NCBI GenBank assembly: GCA_031835245.2
Contig: JAVKOQ020000034.1
Coordinates: 124,001-188,000 of the forward strand
Length of the DNA stretch: 64,000 bases
Direction of reading: 5' to 3'
From: Balamuthia mandrillaris
Lineage: Eukaryota
Shown here: positions 24,456 through 36,461 of the stretch, one piece after another
How the letters are laid out: every line of letters starts with the position of its first letter
Position numbering within the stretch: position 1 is the first letter of the stretch
The notes under the pieces: generated by a model
Databases searched by the model: none
What the model was told of the DNA's origin: nothing
Seen by the model: the letters and a program-made list of their open reading frames with translations, nothing else
Translations under genes and position numbers: made by a program

Positions 24456-24787
24456 TCTCTGGTCTCTGCTCTCTCCTTCTGTATCTCGCGGTCTTTTCAT
24501 TCTTCTGCATTCTTTGTTTTTCTTATATCATATGATTTGCTTTGCAAGGAACCATTTGGGCAAACAGTTGGCTGAGCAATGACATCTACCTGATCGATCC
24601 AGAGAGCGGCGTCGTGAAAGGCAAGCTCGACCTCACTCACATCATCGACCCTCATCCAACGCGCCTCAACAGGGACAACGTCCTCAACGGCATTGCCTAC
24701 GACCCCATCGACCATCGGCTCTTCGTGACCGGGAAGCGGTGGCCCAAGATCTTCGAGATAGCTGTAGACCTCACTTCTTCATCGTAA
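23575..24787 (+). CDS. Glutaminyl-peptide cyclotransferase, plant/bacterial beta-propeller type
   Basis: N-terminal hydrophobic anchor; HDSEAFTQGL, EGTGLY, FGEGIT, QLTW, GWGIT, SDGS, NELEWI, VLNGIAYD, FVTGKRWP motifs across three exons. Confidence 0.9.
23899..24020. repeat. Intronic (CTCTGT)n microsatellite
   Basis: Direct inspection; glutaminyl cyclase intron 1. Confidence 0.9.
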
Positions 24788-25031
24788 AACTATGCATTAC
24801 AATTGTCACCATAAAACAAACGATAAACTAGATACGAGAGAGGAGAAGAGATAGGCAATCTTCTTTACCACGTCGTCACGAACACTGCTACCTGACCAGC
24901 GTCGACAAATAATGCCTTAAAATCAATTTCTTCGAAATTTAAGGCATCCTTATCTAAAATAGGAAAGAAATCGAAAAAAAAACAAAAAAAAAGAAAAAAT
25001 AGAAAAAACAAAAAAAAAAAAAGAAACAGAA

Positions 25032-26019
25032 ATGGAAGAGGTCATCGACCTGGAAGACGATGACGTGCTGGGCCTGGTCTCTGATGACGATGAGGAGGTC
25101 TCACCACCAAACTACCACCACGAAACCACAGACGAGCCACAGGAGCAAGACGACGATGGCGATGCAGCCATGCTAGCGGCTGCTGCAGTGGCGGTGGCAC
25201 TGGGCCAGCAGGAAGAACAGGCAGCAGCCAAGGAGGCAGAGAGGAAAAAGAGGAAGGAAAAGCAGCAGAAGAAGCGCAAAGAGAAGGGCAAGGACAAACC
25301 AGAGCATGCTTTCCTCAGTGGGGCAGGCTTGGAAGAGGTTGACGTGGAAGCAGGACAGTCTGGCCTCATGGAAACTACTTACATTGGCGAAAGTGTGTAC
25401 CACTGTCTCTCTGTCTCTCTTTCTGTCTCTCTCTCCTTTCTATCTCATTCCTTCTCTCTCTCTCTCTCTTGTCTCTCTTCTCTTTTCTTCTTCTTCTTCT
25501 TCTCCTTCTCATCGACCACAACAAAAAGCAAAAACCAAAAAGAAGAAGAAACGAAAGAGCAAGAAAAAGAAGCGCGTCAACCCATTCTCCTCCACTGTCG
25601 TCCACAGCTGGAGCTGGAGCACCTTCTACAAGAACCCAGAGTTTAGGAAACGCATGGGGACGGTCATCATCGCTGCGCTCTGTTGCCTGCTGGGTCTGAT
25701 TTTTTTCGTGGTGGGTCTCGTGGAACTCTACTCTCACGGCCGATTTTGGGCCGGTCTAACATTCTTAATAGTCTCTCTTGTTTGCCTGCTGCCAGGTTTG
25801 TTATTCGCTCTTTTGGTAGTTTCTTGTAGCCTCTACCTTCTTTCGTGTCGTTAACTTCTTCCTTGTTTTTTTATTTCGTTCTTGCTGTTTCCTTCTTCTC
25901 ACTCTGTTATTTCTCAAACATTTAAAGGCGCATACAGCAGCTTCTCGTTGTACAAAGCATTCAAGGACCGGTCTGGCTTCAACTTTAGCCACATTCCAGC
26001 TTATGAAGAAGCCCAATGA
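25032..26019 (+). CDS. TMEM230/TMEM134-like two-TM protein with acidic N-terminus
   Basis: VIIAALCCLLGLIFFVVGL...LTFLIVSLVCLLPG|AYSSFSLYKAFKDRSGFNFSHIPAYEEAQ*. Confidence 0.65.
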
Positions 26020-26208
26020 GCGAAATGTCGATGAACATTTCTTTGCCGAGCAGCTCAAGCATTCTTTTTTTTTTTTTTGAAACGTATTACCCATTCTATT
26101 TCTTGTGCACGTTTTGTTTTATGTTCTTTGTCTACAATCCTCTTCCACTCTTCCGATCCAAAACAAGAGAACGTGTCCTCCTCACCTTGTTCTCTCTCTG
26201 CCTCTTCC

Positions 26209-27344
26209 TCATTTCCTTGTGCCTTTTGAATTGGTTCGTGCCTGGGGCTGCTCCTTCCATTCAGCAGGCCTGGAACCAACGGACCTGAGCCTCAGTCTCA
26301 CCGCATTGCACGACTGGAACATGGTGGCGATGGCCCACAACCTGGTGGACTCTGGGTGGAACTTCAGCGTCTCGTTACACTTGCCGTTGCGGAAGTATTG
26401 GATTTCCCGCTTGTCAAAGTCCACCAGAGCCCCCAACACATCGCCTTGCTGCCATCCAGCCAACTGTGTCGGTGTTCGTGACCCTGAAAAGGCTGTTAAT
26501 TTCCCCGTCACTGTCGCACACGAGAGTGAAGGAAACAACCGTTAAAAACAAACAACATAGAAAGGGAGGCAAGGAAGCAATGCGCACCACTCTGTGAAGC
26601 CTGTATATCATTGCTCCAACTGTAACAGACCTCTCGTCCTTGGTCGATGAAGCAGCGGCGGTCAAAGTCAAAGTTGTCATCAACGAAGCCCACGCTGCAC
26701 GTATTTTGAAAGCAGCACCGTTCAATGATGAACTCCAAAGCAACAATGCCGGTGCTGAAAGCTCGTTTGCTGCGAACCGTCAGGCCATCTGGTTGGTATA
26801 CAGGGGGCCTATATTTTGATAAGCAAACAAGAATACGGGAAAAAGAAGAAGAAGAACAAGAAGAAGAAGAAGAAGAATGGGAGAACAGAACAAATGGAAG
26901 GTTACCATTCGTTCTTTATTGGCCACTCTAATAGATCAGGGGTGGGGAAGGAAATGTCACAAGAAGCAATCCAGCTGTAGTGCTTTGCAGTCTTCCTCAA
27001 CTGTTCCTGATCCCACACCAAGGGATACGCTGCCCCAAAAAGTATTGCTTCAGCTTCAAGAAAGCAAGAGAGAAGAAAGAGAAGAAAGAAGAGACAGAGA
27101 AGAGAGAAGAAGGGATGGACAAACCGCGATAGGTGTGAAACCAGGAGGGCTTGTCCGGAGGAAGCTCCCTCACGCCGAGGTCCTCCTCGCAACGGGCACG
27201 CCATGCCATGCCATCCAGCACCGCCGCCAAGCAGGTGGAGGACAGCACAAAACAAGAGGGGTACAGCTCTTTGGTGAGAACGAAGCCGAATATCATGGCC
27301 AGCACCTCCCTTGGCAGCTCCTCCAGCCCCGCCTTGCTCTCCAT
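26209..27344 (-). CDS. F-box + SPRY/B30.2-like domain protein, copy A
   Basis: MESKAGLEELPREVLAMIFGFV...CFVLSSTCLAAVLDGMAWRARC (F-box); TVRSKRAFSTGIVALEFIIE, SVGFVDDNF, WQQGDVLGALVDFDKREIQYFRNG (SPRY). Confidence 0.75.
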
Positions 27345-27385
27345 TGCGCTTACCGGTCGGATAGCGGTGTTGTCGTAAAAAAAAA

Positions 27386-27465
27386 AAAGTCGACAAGCCA
27401 AATATCATGGTCAGCACCTCTTTTGGCACGTCTTCCAGCTCCGCCTTGCCGTGCTTCCTCTCCAT
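27386..27465 (-). pseudogene. Duplicated F-box N-terminal fragment upstream of F-box/SPRY copy A
   Basis: MERKHGKAELEDVPKEVLTMIFGL is a near copy of MESKAGLEELPREVLAMIFGF about 120 bp downstream; similarity then stops. Confidence 0.6.
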
Positions 27466-27744
27466 CACAGCGATTTGTTGGCAATAACAATAAGGGCTTC
27501 TTTGCCAGTCAGCCAAAGCAAGCCTCTCCCAAAAGCGTGTCGGTAGAAAAAATATGACAACAGTTGCAGAGGCTCATATATAAAGGTTAATAAAAAAAAA
27601 GGATAACGCTAACGCCACAAATGCCAGGAAAGACGCAAAACGGCGACTTTTGCACGGCTCAGAAGAGGTTTCAAATCCCAGCTTGTGCAGTCAGGCACTA
27701 TGCCCGCATTGTTGTGCGGAATGAAAAACAAAAATAAGGGGGGG

Positions 27745-27840
27745 GGGGAGGTGCGTGGGCGTTGGAAGCGGCGTTACTTTGGTGTGGCTAAGAAGAGCTT
27801 GGAAGCGTGGCACCCTACCGTTCGTCCTTGCTTCCATACG
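27745..27840 (+). pseudogene. Relic of an F-box-Rab exon 1
   Basis: GRWKRRYFGVAKKSLEAWHPTVRPCFH aligns, with an apparent frame disturbance, to GRWKRRYLVWLRRTLEEWHAVVRPCFQ of the 29375 gene; no intact F-box upstream and no GTPase exons downstream. Confidence 0.7.
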
Positions 27841-27955
27841 ACTGTGTTTATTTTTCTTTCTTCTCATGAACATTTCTTTGGTGCGTAAATAGAATTGTGT
27901 GTTTCAAGCCTCTCCTGTGAGAACTACGCCAGCGGTGGCGTCCTCTTGAATTGGG

Positions 27956-29174
27956 TCACGCCTGGTGGTGTTGTTCCTGCCATTCAACAGGGCGAGACCC
28001 CACGGATCGAAGCCTCATCCTCACCGCATTGCCCGAGTTGAACATGGTGGTGATGGCCCACAACCTGGTGGACTCTGGGCGAAGCTTCACCGTCTCGTTC
28101 CACTTGTCGTTGCGAAAGTATTGGATTTCCCGCTTGTCAAAGTCCACCAGAGCCCCCAACACATCGCCTTGCTGCCATCCAGACAACAGTGTTCGTGACT
28201 TTGAGAACGTTGTGGGACTCCCTGTCACTTTTTAAACATTTGTTAAACCAAAGAAACAAACAATCAAATAAAATCAAAGGGTGAACAGAAAGGAAGCAAT
28301 ACGTACCACTCTGTGAAGCTGACACGAGATTGCACCAACTGTAACAGACCTCTCGCTTACGGTCGATGAAGCGGCGGTGGACAAAGTCAAAGTTGTCATC
28401 AACGAAGCCCACGCTCCATGTGAATGAGTTACATTGTTCGATGATGAACTCCAAAGCTACAATGCCAGTGCTGAACGTTTGTTTGCTGCGAACCGTCACG
28501 TAATGGCGTAGGTCTCTTTGTGTTGATGATAGTGGGTTGAAAGCGAGCTTATGAGAAAGACAAAGAAAAAGATATGAGGAGGATGAAGAAGACGACAAAA
28601 AACAAAGAAGACGAAGAACAAAAGAAGAAAATAGGGGAACAGAGAGCAAATGTAAGGTTACCCAGCATGCATTGGCCAAACGATCAGATCGGGGGAGGAA
28701 ATGTCACAAGAAGCAATCCAGCTGTGGCACTCTGCAGTTTTTCTCAACTGTTCCTGATCCCACACCAACCGAGTGTCTGCCCAAAATATATTGCACACAT
28801 CACTTCAGCTTTAAGAACGTCATAGAGAGAAGGCAAGAGAGACCAGAAAATAAGGGAGATGAGAGGAGAGAAGAGAGAGCACGAGAGAGGAGAAGAGAGA
28901 AAGAGATCGGAGAGAAGAGAGAAGAAGGGATGGACAAACCGCGATAGGTGTGAAACCAGGAGGGCTTGTCCGGAGGAAGCTCCCTCACGCCGAGGTCCTC
29001 CTCGCAACGGGCACGCCATGCCATGCCATCCAGCACCGCCGCCAAGCAGGTGGAGGACAGCACAAAACAAGAGGGGTACAGCTCCTTGGTGGGAACGAAG
29101 CCGAATATCATGGCCAGCACCTCCCTTGGCAGCTCCTCCAGCCCCGCCTTCTCCTCCTCCGCCTTGCTTTCCAT
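27956..29174 (-). CDS. F-box + SPRY/B30.2-like domain protein, copy B
   Basis: Exon 1 is nearly identical in nucleotide sequence to copy A (27110-27330 vs 28920-29150); same SPRY exons and intron positions. Confidence 0.75.
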
Positions 29175-29374
29175 TACCACTGTTTGTTCACCAAAAGATT
29201 GTTCTGATCGGTATTTTATGGTCGACAAATACCATTTATGGTAAAACAGGAGATTTATATGATTTTCGATTCGTTGTTGGATTGATCGAAACATCTGATC
29301 ATATCGCCTCTCGGTAATGCTGCAGTTGCGAAAGAAAGTCAAGGGGTGCCACTTCTTAGGTGAACGGCAACAGC

Positions 29375-30741
29375 ATGGCAGAAACAACGGTTGTGTTGCC
29401 GCCGGAACTGTGGCTGGAGGTCTTTGCCCATTTGGGCACGATGGAGGACCTTTGCTCCCTCGCTCAGGTCTGTCACCGCTTTGCTGCTCTCAGCCGGGAG
29501 GACCGCTTGTGGAGGCCCTTGGGCTCTCCTTCTTGGCTTCATGAGGAGGAAAGAGGAGGGGAAGGAGGAGGAGACGACGGAGGGTACGGCCGTTGGAAGC
29601 GACGTTACTTGGTGTGGCTAAGACGGACTTTGGAGGAGTGGCACGCTGTCGTTCGTCCTTGCTTCCAAAAGAATTCTCGTGAGAAACAAGAAGAACAAGA
29701 AGCACCAGAAGAAGACGAACCAAAAGAGCTGGTTATGCACTTCTCGTTGATAGGTTGAAAAGCTTTTGTTTTGTGTGTAGTTGTCATGTGTTGGTGATGT
29801 GGTTTGCTGAAACGTTCACTACTACAACAGGAACGGGAGGTGCGGGAAAGACCTCGTTTGGTCGGCGGTTTGGCTATGGGGAGTTTCAAGATTGGAGATA
29901 CTGCAACTTAGGCACAGACTTTACCGTTCGTCAACTGGTCCTCCCTAACGGCGCAAGAGCCAAGGTCTTTCTCTGGGATCCATGTGGTCGGCTTTGTTTT
30001 GTTGGTGTTCTTGTTCTTGTTCCTGTTCTTCTATCTTCCGTCTTCAACTTGTTCTTCCTTTTCCTTCTTGTTCCTCTTCTCTTCTACTTCTTTCCTCCTC
30101 GCTTATCTTGGCTTTCAGACGTTAGCAAGCTCTTACCTTTCTTTGTTGTACAAGGTGCCGAGCGCTTTAGGATACCGCATCTGCTGCTGCGAAAGAAACA
30201 AGGATTGGTGATCTGTTATGACAGCACAGACCAAACCTCCTTTTCTGCTTTGGAGAAGTGGCTGGAGATAACAAACGACCTGGCAGCCAGTCGCGGAGAG
30301 GACTTTTGGCACGCAGCCAGAGTGGTAGTGGCTTGCAAGTGCGATATACAGAACTCATGCAGAGTGGATGATACCATGGCAGATGAAATGGCAGCCAAGT
30401 GGCGTGCCTTTGCTCACTTTCGCACCAGGTTTCTGTCTTTTTCTCGTCCTTCATTTCTTCCTTCTTTCCGATAACATGCAGCTTCTCTTCGTTTCTTCAC
30501 CTGCACCAGTGCTAAAACAGGAGAGAATGTGGAAGAGGCCATGAAAGCATTGGTGGAGGCCACGCTGGACCCATTCCAGAGACTGCCACCATGCCATCGC
30601 CCACGTTACATGCCCTCGCTGGCTGCCCTTCGCTCCAGGCACAAGCACTCTGCATTGCTCTTTCCTCACCGAGCTCAGCCCCCTCCTGCACCAAACGCAG
30701 AAGACGGAGAAAACAAGCTATGGCACTGCGTATGTCAATAA
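29375..30741 (+). CDS. F-box-Rab-like GTPase fusion with CaaX, paralog 1
   Basis: LPPELWLEVFAHLGTMEDLCSLAQVCHRF (F-box); GTGGAGKTS; FLWDPCG|AERF; VICYDSTD; VVACKCD; RT|SAKTGENV; ends WHCVCQ*. Confidence 0.85.
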
Positions 30742-30792
30742 CCTCCTCTAACGCATTTGTTGTTTCTTACGGTGGAGCCCTTCCACCCAACG

Positions 30793-30848
30793 ATGGACAT
30801 TTTGGGGTGTTGAAATGGGCGAGAGAGAACGGATGCCCTTTCGGATGA
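30793..30848 (+). pseudogene. Single ankyrin-repeat relic
   Basis: GHFGVLKWARENGCPFG* matches the repeat unit of the 47141-48208 ankyrin gene; no surrounding gene. Confidence 0.65.
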
Positions 30849-31085
30849 GCGGAAGCTTGAGTTAGTTGCCAAGAACCAAACTCTTTGGGAAGAGCAGAGC
30901 TGAATAGGACAAAAAAAAAAAGAGATGAAGAAGACCTCACGTGACCTGAAAGACAATAAACGAATGTTGTGTAGAAGTCTTTCATGCTTACATTGGAGGA
31001 GGAGTTACTTCTTTTTTGTTTAATAAAATAAAACTCCTTTTTTTTTATTTTTGCAAGCTATAACGAACAGTTTAGTTTCAAAGGC

Positions 31086-32398
31086 ATGACAGAGGCGTTG
31101 CCTGCGGAGCTATGGTTGGAGGTCTTCGCCCATTTGGGCACGATGGAGGACCTTTGTTCCCTTGCTCAAGTGTGTCACCAATTCGCCGCCCTCAGCCGGG
31201 AGGACCTGTTGTGGCAGCCTTTGGCCTGTCCATCTTGGCTTCCCGAAGTTGAGGGTGAAGAAGCCGGGGAAGCAGGGAAAGGTCTTTGGAAGCGACGTTA
31301 CATGGTGTGGCTGCGACAAACCTTGGAAGCGTGGCACGCTGCCGTTCGTCCGTGCTTCCAAAAGAAAACCAAACAGGAAAAACAAGAGACAGCAGCACAA
31401 GAAGAAGATGAGCAAGAAGCTGAACCAAAAGAACTGGTTATGTCGATGTTGATGATAGGTAGGAAACGTTCTGTTGTAGTGCATAGTAATAGCCTGCTGA
31501 AGAGCCAAATACTACAGGGCCAATGGGCGCAGGAAAGACCTCGTTTGGCAAACGGTTTGCCTTTAGAAAGTTCCAAGAGCACAGCTACATAACCGTAAGC
31601 ACAGATTATACCATCCGCCAACTACACCTGCAGAACGGCATGAGTGCCATGATCATGCTCTGGGACCCCGCAGGTTTGATTTTGTTGTTGGCTGGCGTTC
31701 TTCTTGTGTTGCTCCTGCTTGTTCCTCGTCTTCTTCTTCTTCTTCTTCTTCTTGTTCTTCTTCTTCTTCTGCTTCGTGGTTATTGCTCGTTCTCACGGTG
31801 CTTCATTGAGGCGCTGAGCGGTTTGTGCCGATATTACATCCGCTGCTGGGGAAGAAACAAGGTTTGCTTGTCTGCTATGACAGCACCGACCCGAACTCTT
31901 ATTCTGCTCTGGAGAAATGCTTGAAGAACGTGGATGATCTGATGGCCAGTCGCGGAGAGGACCGCAGACATATACCAAGAGTGCTGGTGGCCTGCAAATG
32001 CGATAAGAATGCTGCGTGCCAAGTGAGCGATGCCCTGGCAGAAGAAATGACGGCCAAGTGGCACGCCCTGGCTCACTTTCGTACCAGGTTTTTATTTACT
32101 GGTTCTTTCTTCATTACTGCGGTATCTTCCGTTCGCTTGTGATGACACTATGATACATCTGAACAGTGCTAAAACAGGAGAGAATGTGGAAGAAGCAGTG
32201 GAGGCGTTGGTGGAGGCCACGCTGGACCCATTCCAGAGACTGTCACCATGCCACCGCCCACGTTATATGCCCTCGCTGGCTGCCCTTCGCTCCAGGCACA
32301 AGCGCTCTGCATTGCTCTTTCCTCACCGGGCAACCCCAAAAGAAAAAGAAGAAGAAAACACGTCATCCTTTGCTGCATGGCACTGCGTGTGTCAATGA
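31086..32398 (+). CDS. F-box-Rab-like GTPase fusion with CaaX, paralog 2
   Basis: LPAELWLEVFAHL (F-box); GPMGAGKTS; WDPAG|AERF; LVACKCD; SAKTGENV; ends WHCVCQ*. Confidence 0.85.
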
Positions 32399-32794
32399 AC
32401 CAACGGCACCCTCCGCCCCCCCCCTTCCCCTCTCCCAAGAAAATCGCACCACTAGTGGCCTCGCTCGACCCGAGTCGGCGTGTAACGCTTCGATGAAATG
32501 GAATAAAAGAAAAACAACAGTTCAGCGAGCAACATCGAAGAGATTTCGATCCACTTTCTGCGAATTTCCATGAAATATCCTTCGGTTCGCCGAAAATTTA
32601 CGTTGAAGAGTTACGCCAAAGGCCATTCTCCCCATGCCAGTGTCCAATTTTTCCCTTGAACGGAATCCGAGCGTTGGACCCCTCTGTTTTCTCTACGATC
32701 CTTAAGGTAAAAAATTGCTGAAATAAAAGAAAAAAAAAAGCTGTGAAGAAGAAAAAGTTTAAACCGGAAAAGAAAGAAACGCACACAAGACAAC

Positions 32795-33543
32795 ATGGAA
32801 CTGCCAAAGATGAGCGAAGAAGAGCTGAAAAAGTTCAAGGAGCAAGCGGCCAAGTACGGCTTCATCGTGCATGACAAGAAGGAGCCCGCGGCGGCGAAGA
32901 AATCGGCCGACAAGGAGAAGGGCAAGGAGAAAGGCGAGCACGTCCCGAGAAAGAGGGTGCTCCACGGCAGCGGCTTCTACAAGAAAAAGAAGGTTCGTGG
33001 TGGTGCTCCTCTAACATTTCTTTATATCCTTTTGCTGGCCTTTGAGCTAATCCTTCTTTTCATAGGTCGGCTTTAGGAAGGAGTATGGCACGCCGCACCA
33101 AGGCATCGTCCTGAGAGAGTTGGACAACATTAATGTCAAAGGAGCTGTCATGATGACCTCCTTCCCGTCCTCCAGCCTTGCCTCCATCCTCAGCGGCGGC
33201 TACCTACGCGAAAAGGTCCGTCTCTTCTCCTTCTCCTTCTCCTTCTCCTTCTTGTTCTTCTTGTTCATCTTCTTCTTCTTCTTCTTCTTCTTCTTCTTCT
33301 TCTTCTTCTTCTTCTTCTTCTTCTTCTTCTTCTTGTTGTTGTTGTTGTTGTTGTTGTTGTTCTTCTTCTTCTTCTTCTTCTTCTTCTTCTTCTTCTTCTT
33401 CTTCTGTTCAGTGGTGCTCTTTTTACTATTCTTCTTGTTCTTCTTCTGCCTTTGCTATATCTCTCTCTCTGTTCTCTCTTCTCTCTTGCTCCTCACTCCT
33501 CCCTTATTCTTCTGTCTTTATTACTGTCTCTCTTCACTTGCTG

Positions 33544-33580
<37 letters not shown>

Positions 33581-34483
33581 CTTTATATTGATCCCTCCTC
33601 TTCTCTAACCTTATCCGTCCTACAGATGGAACTGCCTCTTGTGGCCATCATCTCTTCGCACCTCTTCCCCTCCCGCTGCATCATTGAGAAGGGCATCCCC
33701 TCCCACTCTGTCCGCATCTTTGGCGACCAGCGCCTGGTCGTCGTCGTCTGCGAGTTCAAGATTCCTCCGGAGCTCTCCTACCTGATGGCGGAAGTCTTGT
33801 TGGACTTTGCTCTGAGGCACGAGGTCCCGATGATCATCACCATCGAGGGCGTTCCCTCTGAATCTCCAGTTGGAGCCAAGCCTAAGCTGCAATATATCTC
33901 CACCAACAAGAAGTTTAGCCACACGATGGAAGACTTGCAACATACTGGCTTGGAAGAGGCTGTTGTTGGAGGTATGACGCTTTCTCTCTTTTTTTTTTAT
34001 TATTTGCGTTTTGAACCGTTTGTTTGCTTTTCAAACCTTTTGCTCATGTTTATCTCTTGTTTTTGTTTCTTTAAACTAAGGTATAACGGGAGCTATAATG
34101 GCGGAAGGCAGTCTTGCCGAGCCTGACGTGGGCTGCTTGCTCTGTCCCACCTCGCAAGAGTTTCCCGATGCCTCCGCCGCTGTAACAGTAGTGGAGGCTA
34201 TCACCGCATTCATCAGCGCTATGACTGGCAACGAAGTTAAGGTATGCTATTTTTTCTTGTTTGTTTTCTCTCTCTCTCTCTTTCTTCGTATGCTCATTGT
34301 CTCTCTTTAAATGTGTTCATTTTTCTTGTATTTGACGACATTGCTTATGTTTCTTGCACTATTAAAAAGGTGGATACTTCACCTCTCGAAGAGAAAGCCA
34401 GCCAGTTGCATGCTTCTGTCGAGAAGTTGCTCAGCAGCGAACGCGCTGCTCAACGGGCTTCCACCTCTCACATGTATGGTTAA
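32795..34483 (+). CDS. PAC2-family proteasome assembly chaperone, archaeal PbaA/PbaB-like, C-terminal HbYX (MYG)
   Basis: GAVMMTSFPSSSLASILSGGYLREK|MELPLVAIISSHLFPSRCIIEKGIPSHSVRIFG...CEFKIPP...GGITGAIM...FPDASAAVTVVEAI...VDTSPLEEKA...HMYG*. Confidence 0.7.
33222..33410. repeat. Intronic (CTT)n/(GTT)n microsatellite
   Basis: Direct inspection; intron of the PAC2-like gene. Confidence 0.9.
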
Positions 34484-34606
34484 ACACATGTGCAGAGGCC
34501 TGTTTATTTGTTTTCTTCTTTCTTTCTTCATTCGTTGAGTGAAGAGAAAAGTGATACTTTATTGTATGTGGATATTGTTTTAACTCATTCTTTTTAAACA
34601 ACAAAC

Positions 34607-36245
34607 CTACGAATGAACTTGTTGAGCGCAATGGGAGTTATGATGTGTGGCTGTGGTTGCTTTGGAGAGGAAGAAGAGGTTGATGTAATGAGCAAAGTGT
34701 AGCCGAAACAAACGCTGCGAGCATTCGTCTGTCTTCAACAGCGTGTAGAGGTTGGTGCCTAAAAACGGCAACATCTCGTCGAACCGTTGGTTTAACAGCG
34801 TGTCTGTTTTTAAAAGCGAAGAGGGGTAAGAAAAGCAGAGATTGTGAGAATAACAGGAGAGAAAAGGGAAAGGGAACCATGAAAAGTATGAAGGATGGCG
34901 AGGGCAGCAGCAAGGACGGCATCCCATCCACAAAACAAGAGGCAATCCCACACCAGCAAAGCCAAAGTCGAAGGCAAACATGTGCCGAACAAAGCTAAAA
35001 ACCACTTAGTGCCGATCATGCGAGGAGGAAGGTCCTCCAACTCGAAGTGTTTGGACAATTGTGGAAGATGTTCGGAGAGTGCTTTCTCCAAGTCAGCCAA
35101 TGGCTTCGTCAAACCTGGTAAACCTGTGCAAAGGAAGTTTTGTGTGCGGTAAGAAGAGCAGCAGCATGAACAGCAGAAACCGAATAAGAAGAAGAAGAAG
35201 AAAAAGAAAAAGAAAAAGAAGAACAAGAACAAGAAGAAGAACAAGAACAAGAAGAACAAGAAGCGAAGTGTAATCCAACAGGAGGAAAAACTCAAATACC
35301 TTTTAAAAACAGATCGCCTATAGCATACCGCTTGTTAAGAGATGTGAAAGCCCAAAACGCTTCCTTTTGTATTGAAATATTTTGTATGTTGTTTGTTGGT
35401 AGAGAAGAGAACAGAAAGAAGAAGATAAAGAAGAAGAAGAAGAAGAAGAAGATTAAGGTGACAACAAAAGAAGCAAGCAGCAACGAAGTAACGAATGAAG
35501 AGGATAGGGTAGAGAATGGGAGAACGTTCGCTCTGCTAAGAAATAACACGGAACTAGAAGGCCAAAAAGACAGAAGAACAAGTGGAGATACCTCTTCACG
35601 AAGACCAGCAAGCAAAATCATTCCCGTCACAAAGTTCATGCCTTGACAGTATCCAATTGGTGGATGAAAGACAGCTATCGCCTTCAACACACGAAACAAT
35701 ACTTTTTGTCTTTCATTTTTTGCTTTTTAATAACAGATAGGAAGGGAGAGAGAGAGAGAACGTAACATTACCTCTCAGGGTTCAGCTTTTTGTACGTTCT
35801 TGGCAGGTCTATTTCTATGCACTTTTTGTTGCGGTCAGAGATAGGCAGGAGGAGAAGTGATTGGTAGAGGTCTGGGTTTTTGGTGGCTTGCTCTGTGCAT
35901 AGCAACTCATGACACCAAAACTATATTGCACAAAAAACATGTATTCTGTTAACAGGAGCACAAAAAAGGGTGGTCGTAAACAAAGGAAGGAAAAGTATTA
36001 CTTGAGGCCTATAACTTGGTTCAATGCCGCCTGCTTTCAAGATGGAGGTAACAATCTGCAAAGAAACTGGGAGGTTAGAGCCGTTTGGTAAGCAGGTTAA
36101 CGAAAAGAATAATACAAACATGACTTGGTTCGTGGAGGTCATAGTCTGCCAACAGAGTCTCCCAAGCGATACATTCAGTGGATTGCTGGTGTTCATCATG
36201 CTCAGGCCTGCTGTTGTCATTCTCTTCCACTGTTTTCCTTTCCAT
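34607..36245 (-). CDS. TBC-domain Rab GTPase-activating protein
   Basis: IEIDLPRT, FRVLKAIAVFHPPIGYCQGMNFVTGMILL, EAFWAF, HLPQLSKHF, KWFLALFG, LVWDCLLFCG motifs over several exons. Confidence 0.85.
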
Positions 36246-36461
36246 TCGACAAAGATATACAGCATTTGTTTTTTTTTTTCCTTTCTTTTTCTTTGGTTCC
36301 TTCGTTACGTCACACATACCTAATATAACCTTAACTTACGTCATGTATACCTAATTCAGTAAAACCGTTAATTAATTTATTAAACTGACCAATCAGAACA
36401 GAACGCCGCTTCGCGAAACAAAAATTTAAACAAAATTATATTTATAAATTTTTTTATTTGT

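Noticed and set aside
34607..36245. TBC Rab-GAP (and the RasGEF at 19-22 kb) as dedicated regulators of the F-box-Rab proteins
   Set aside because: Only proximity supports this; such genes are abundant in amoebae and the intervening genes are unrelated.
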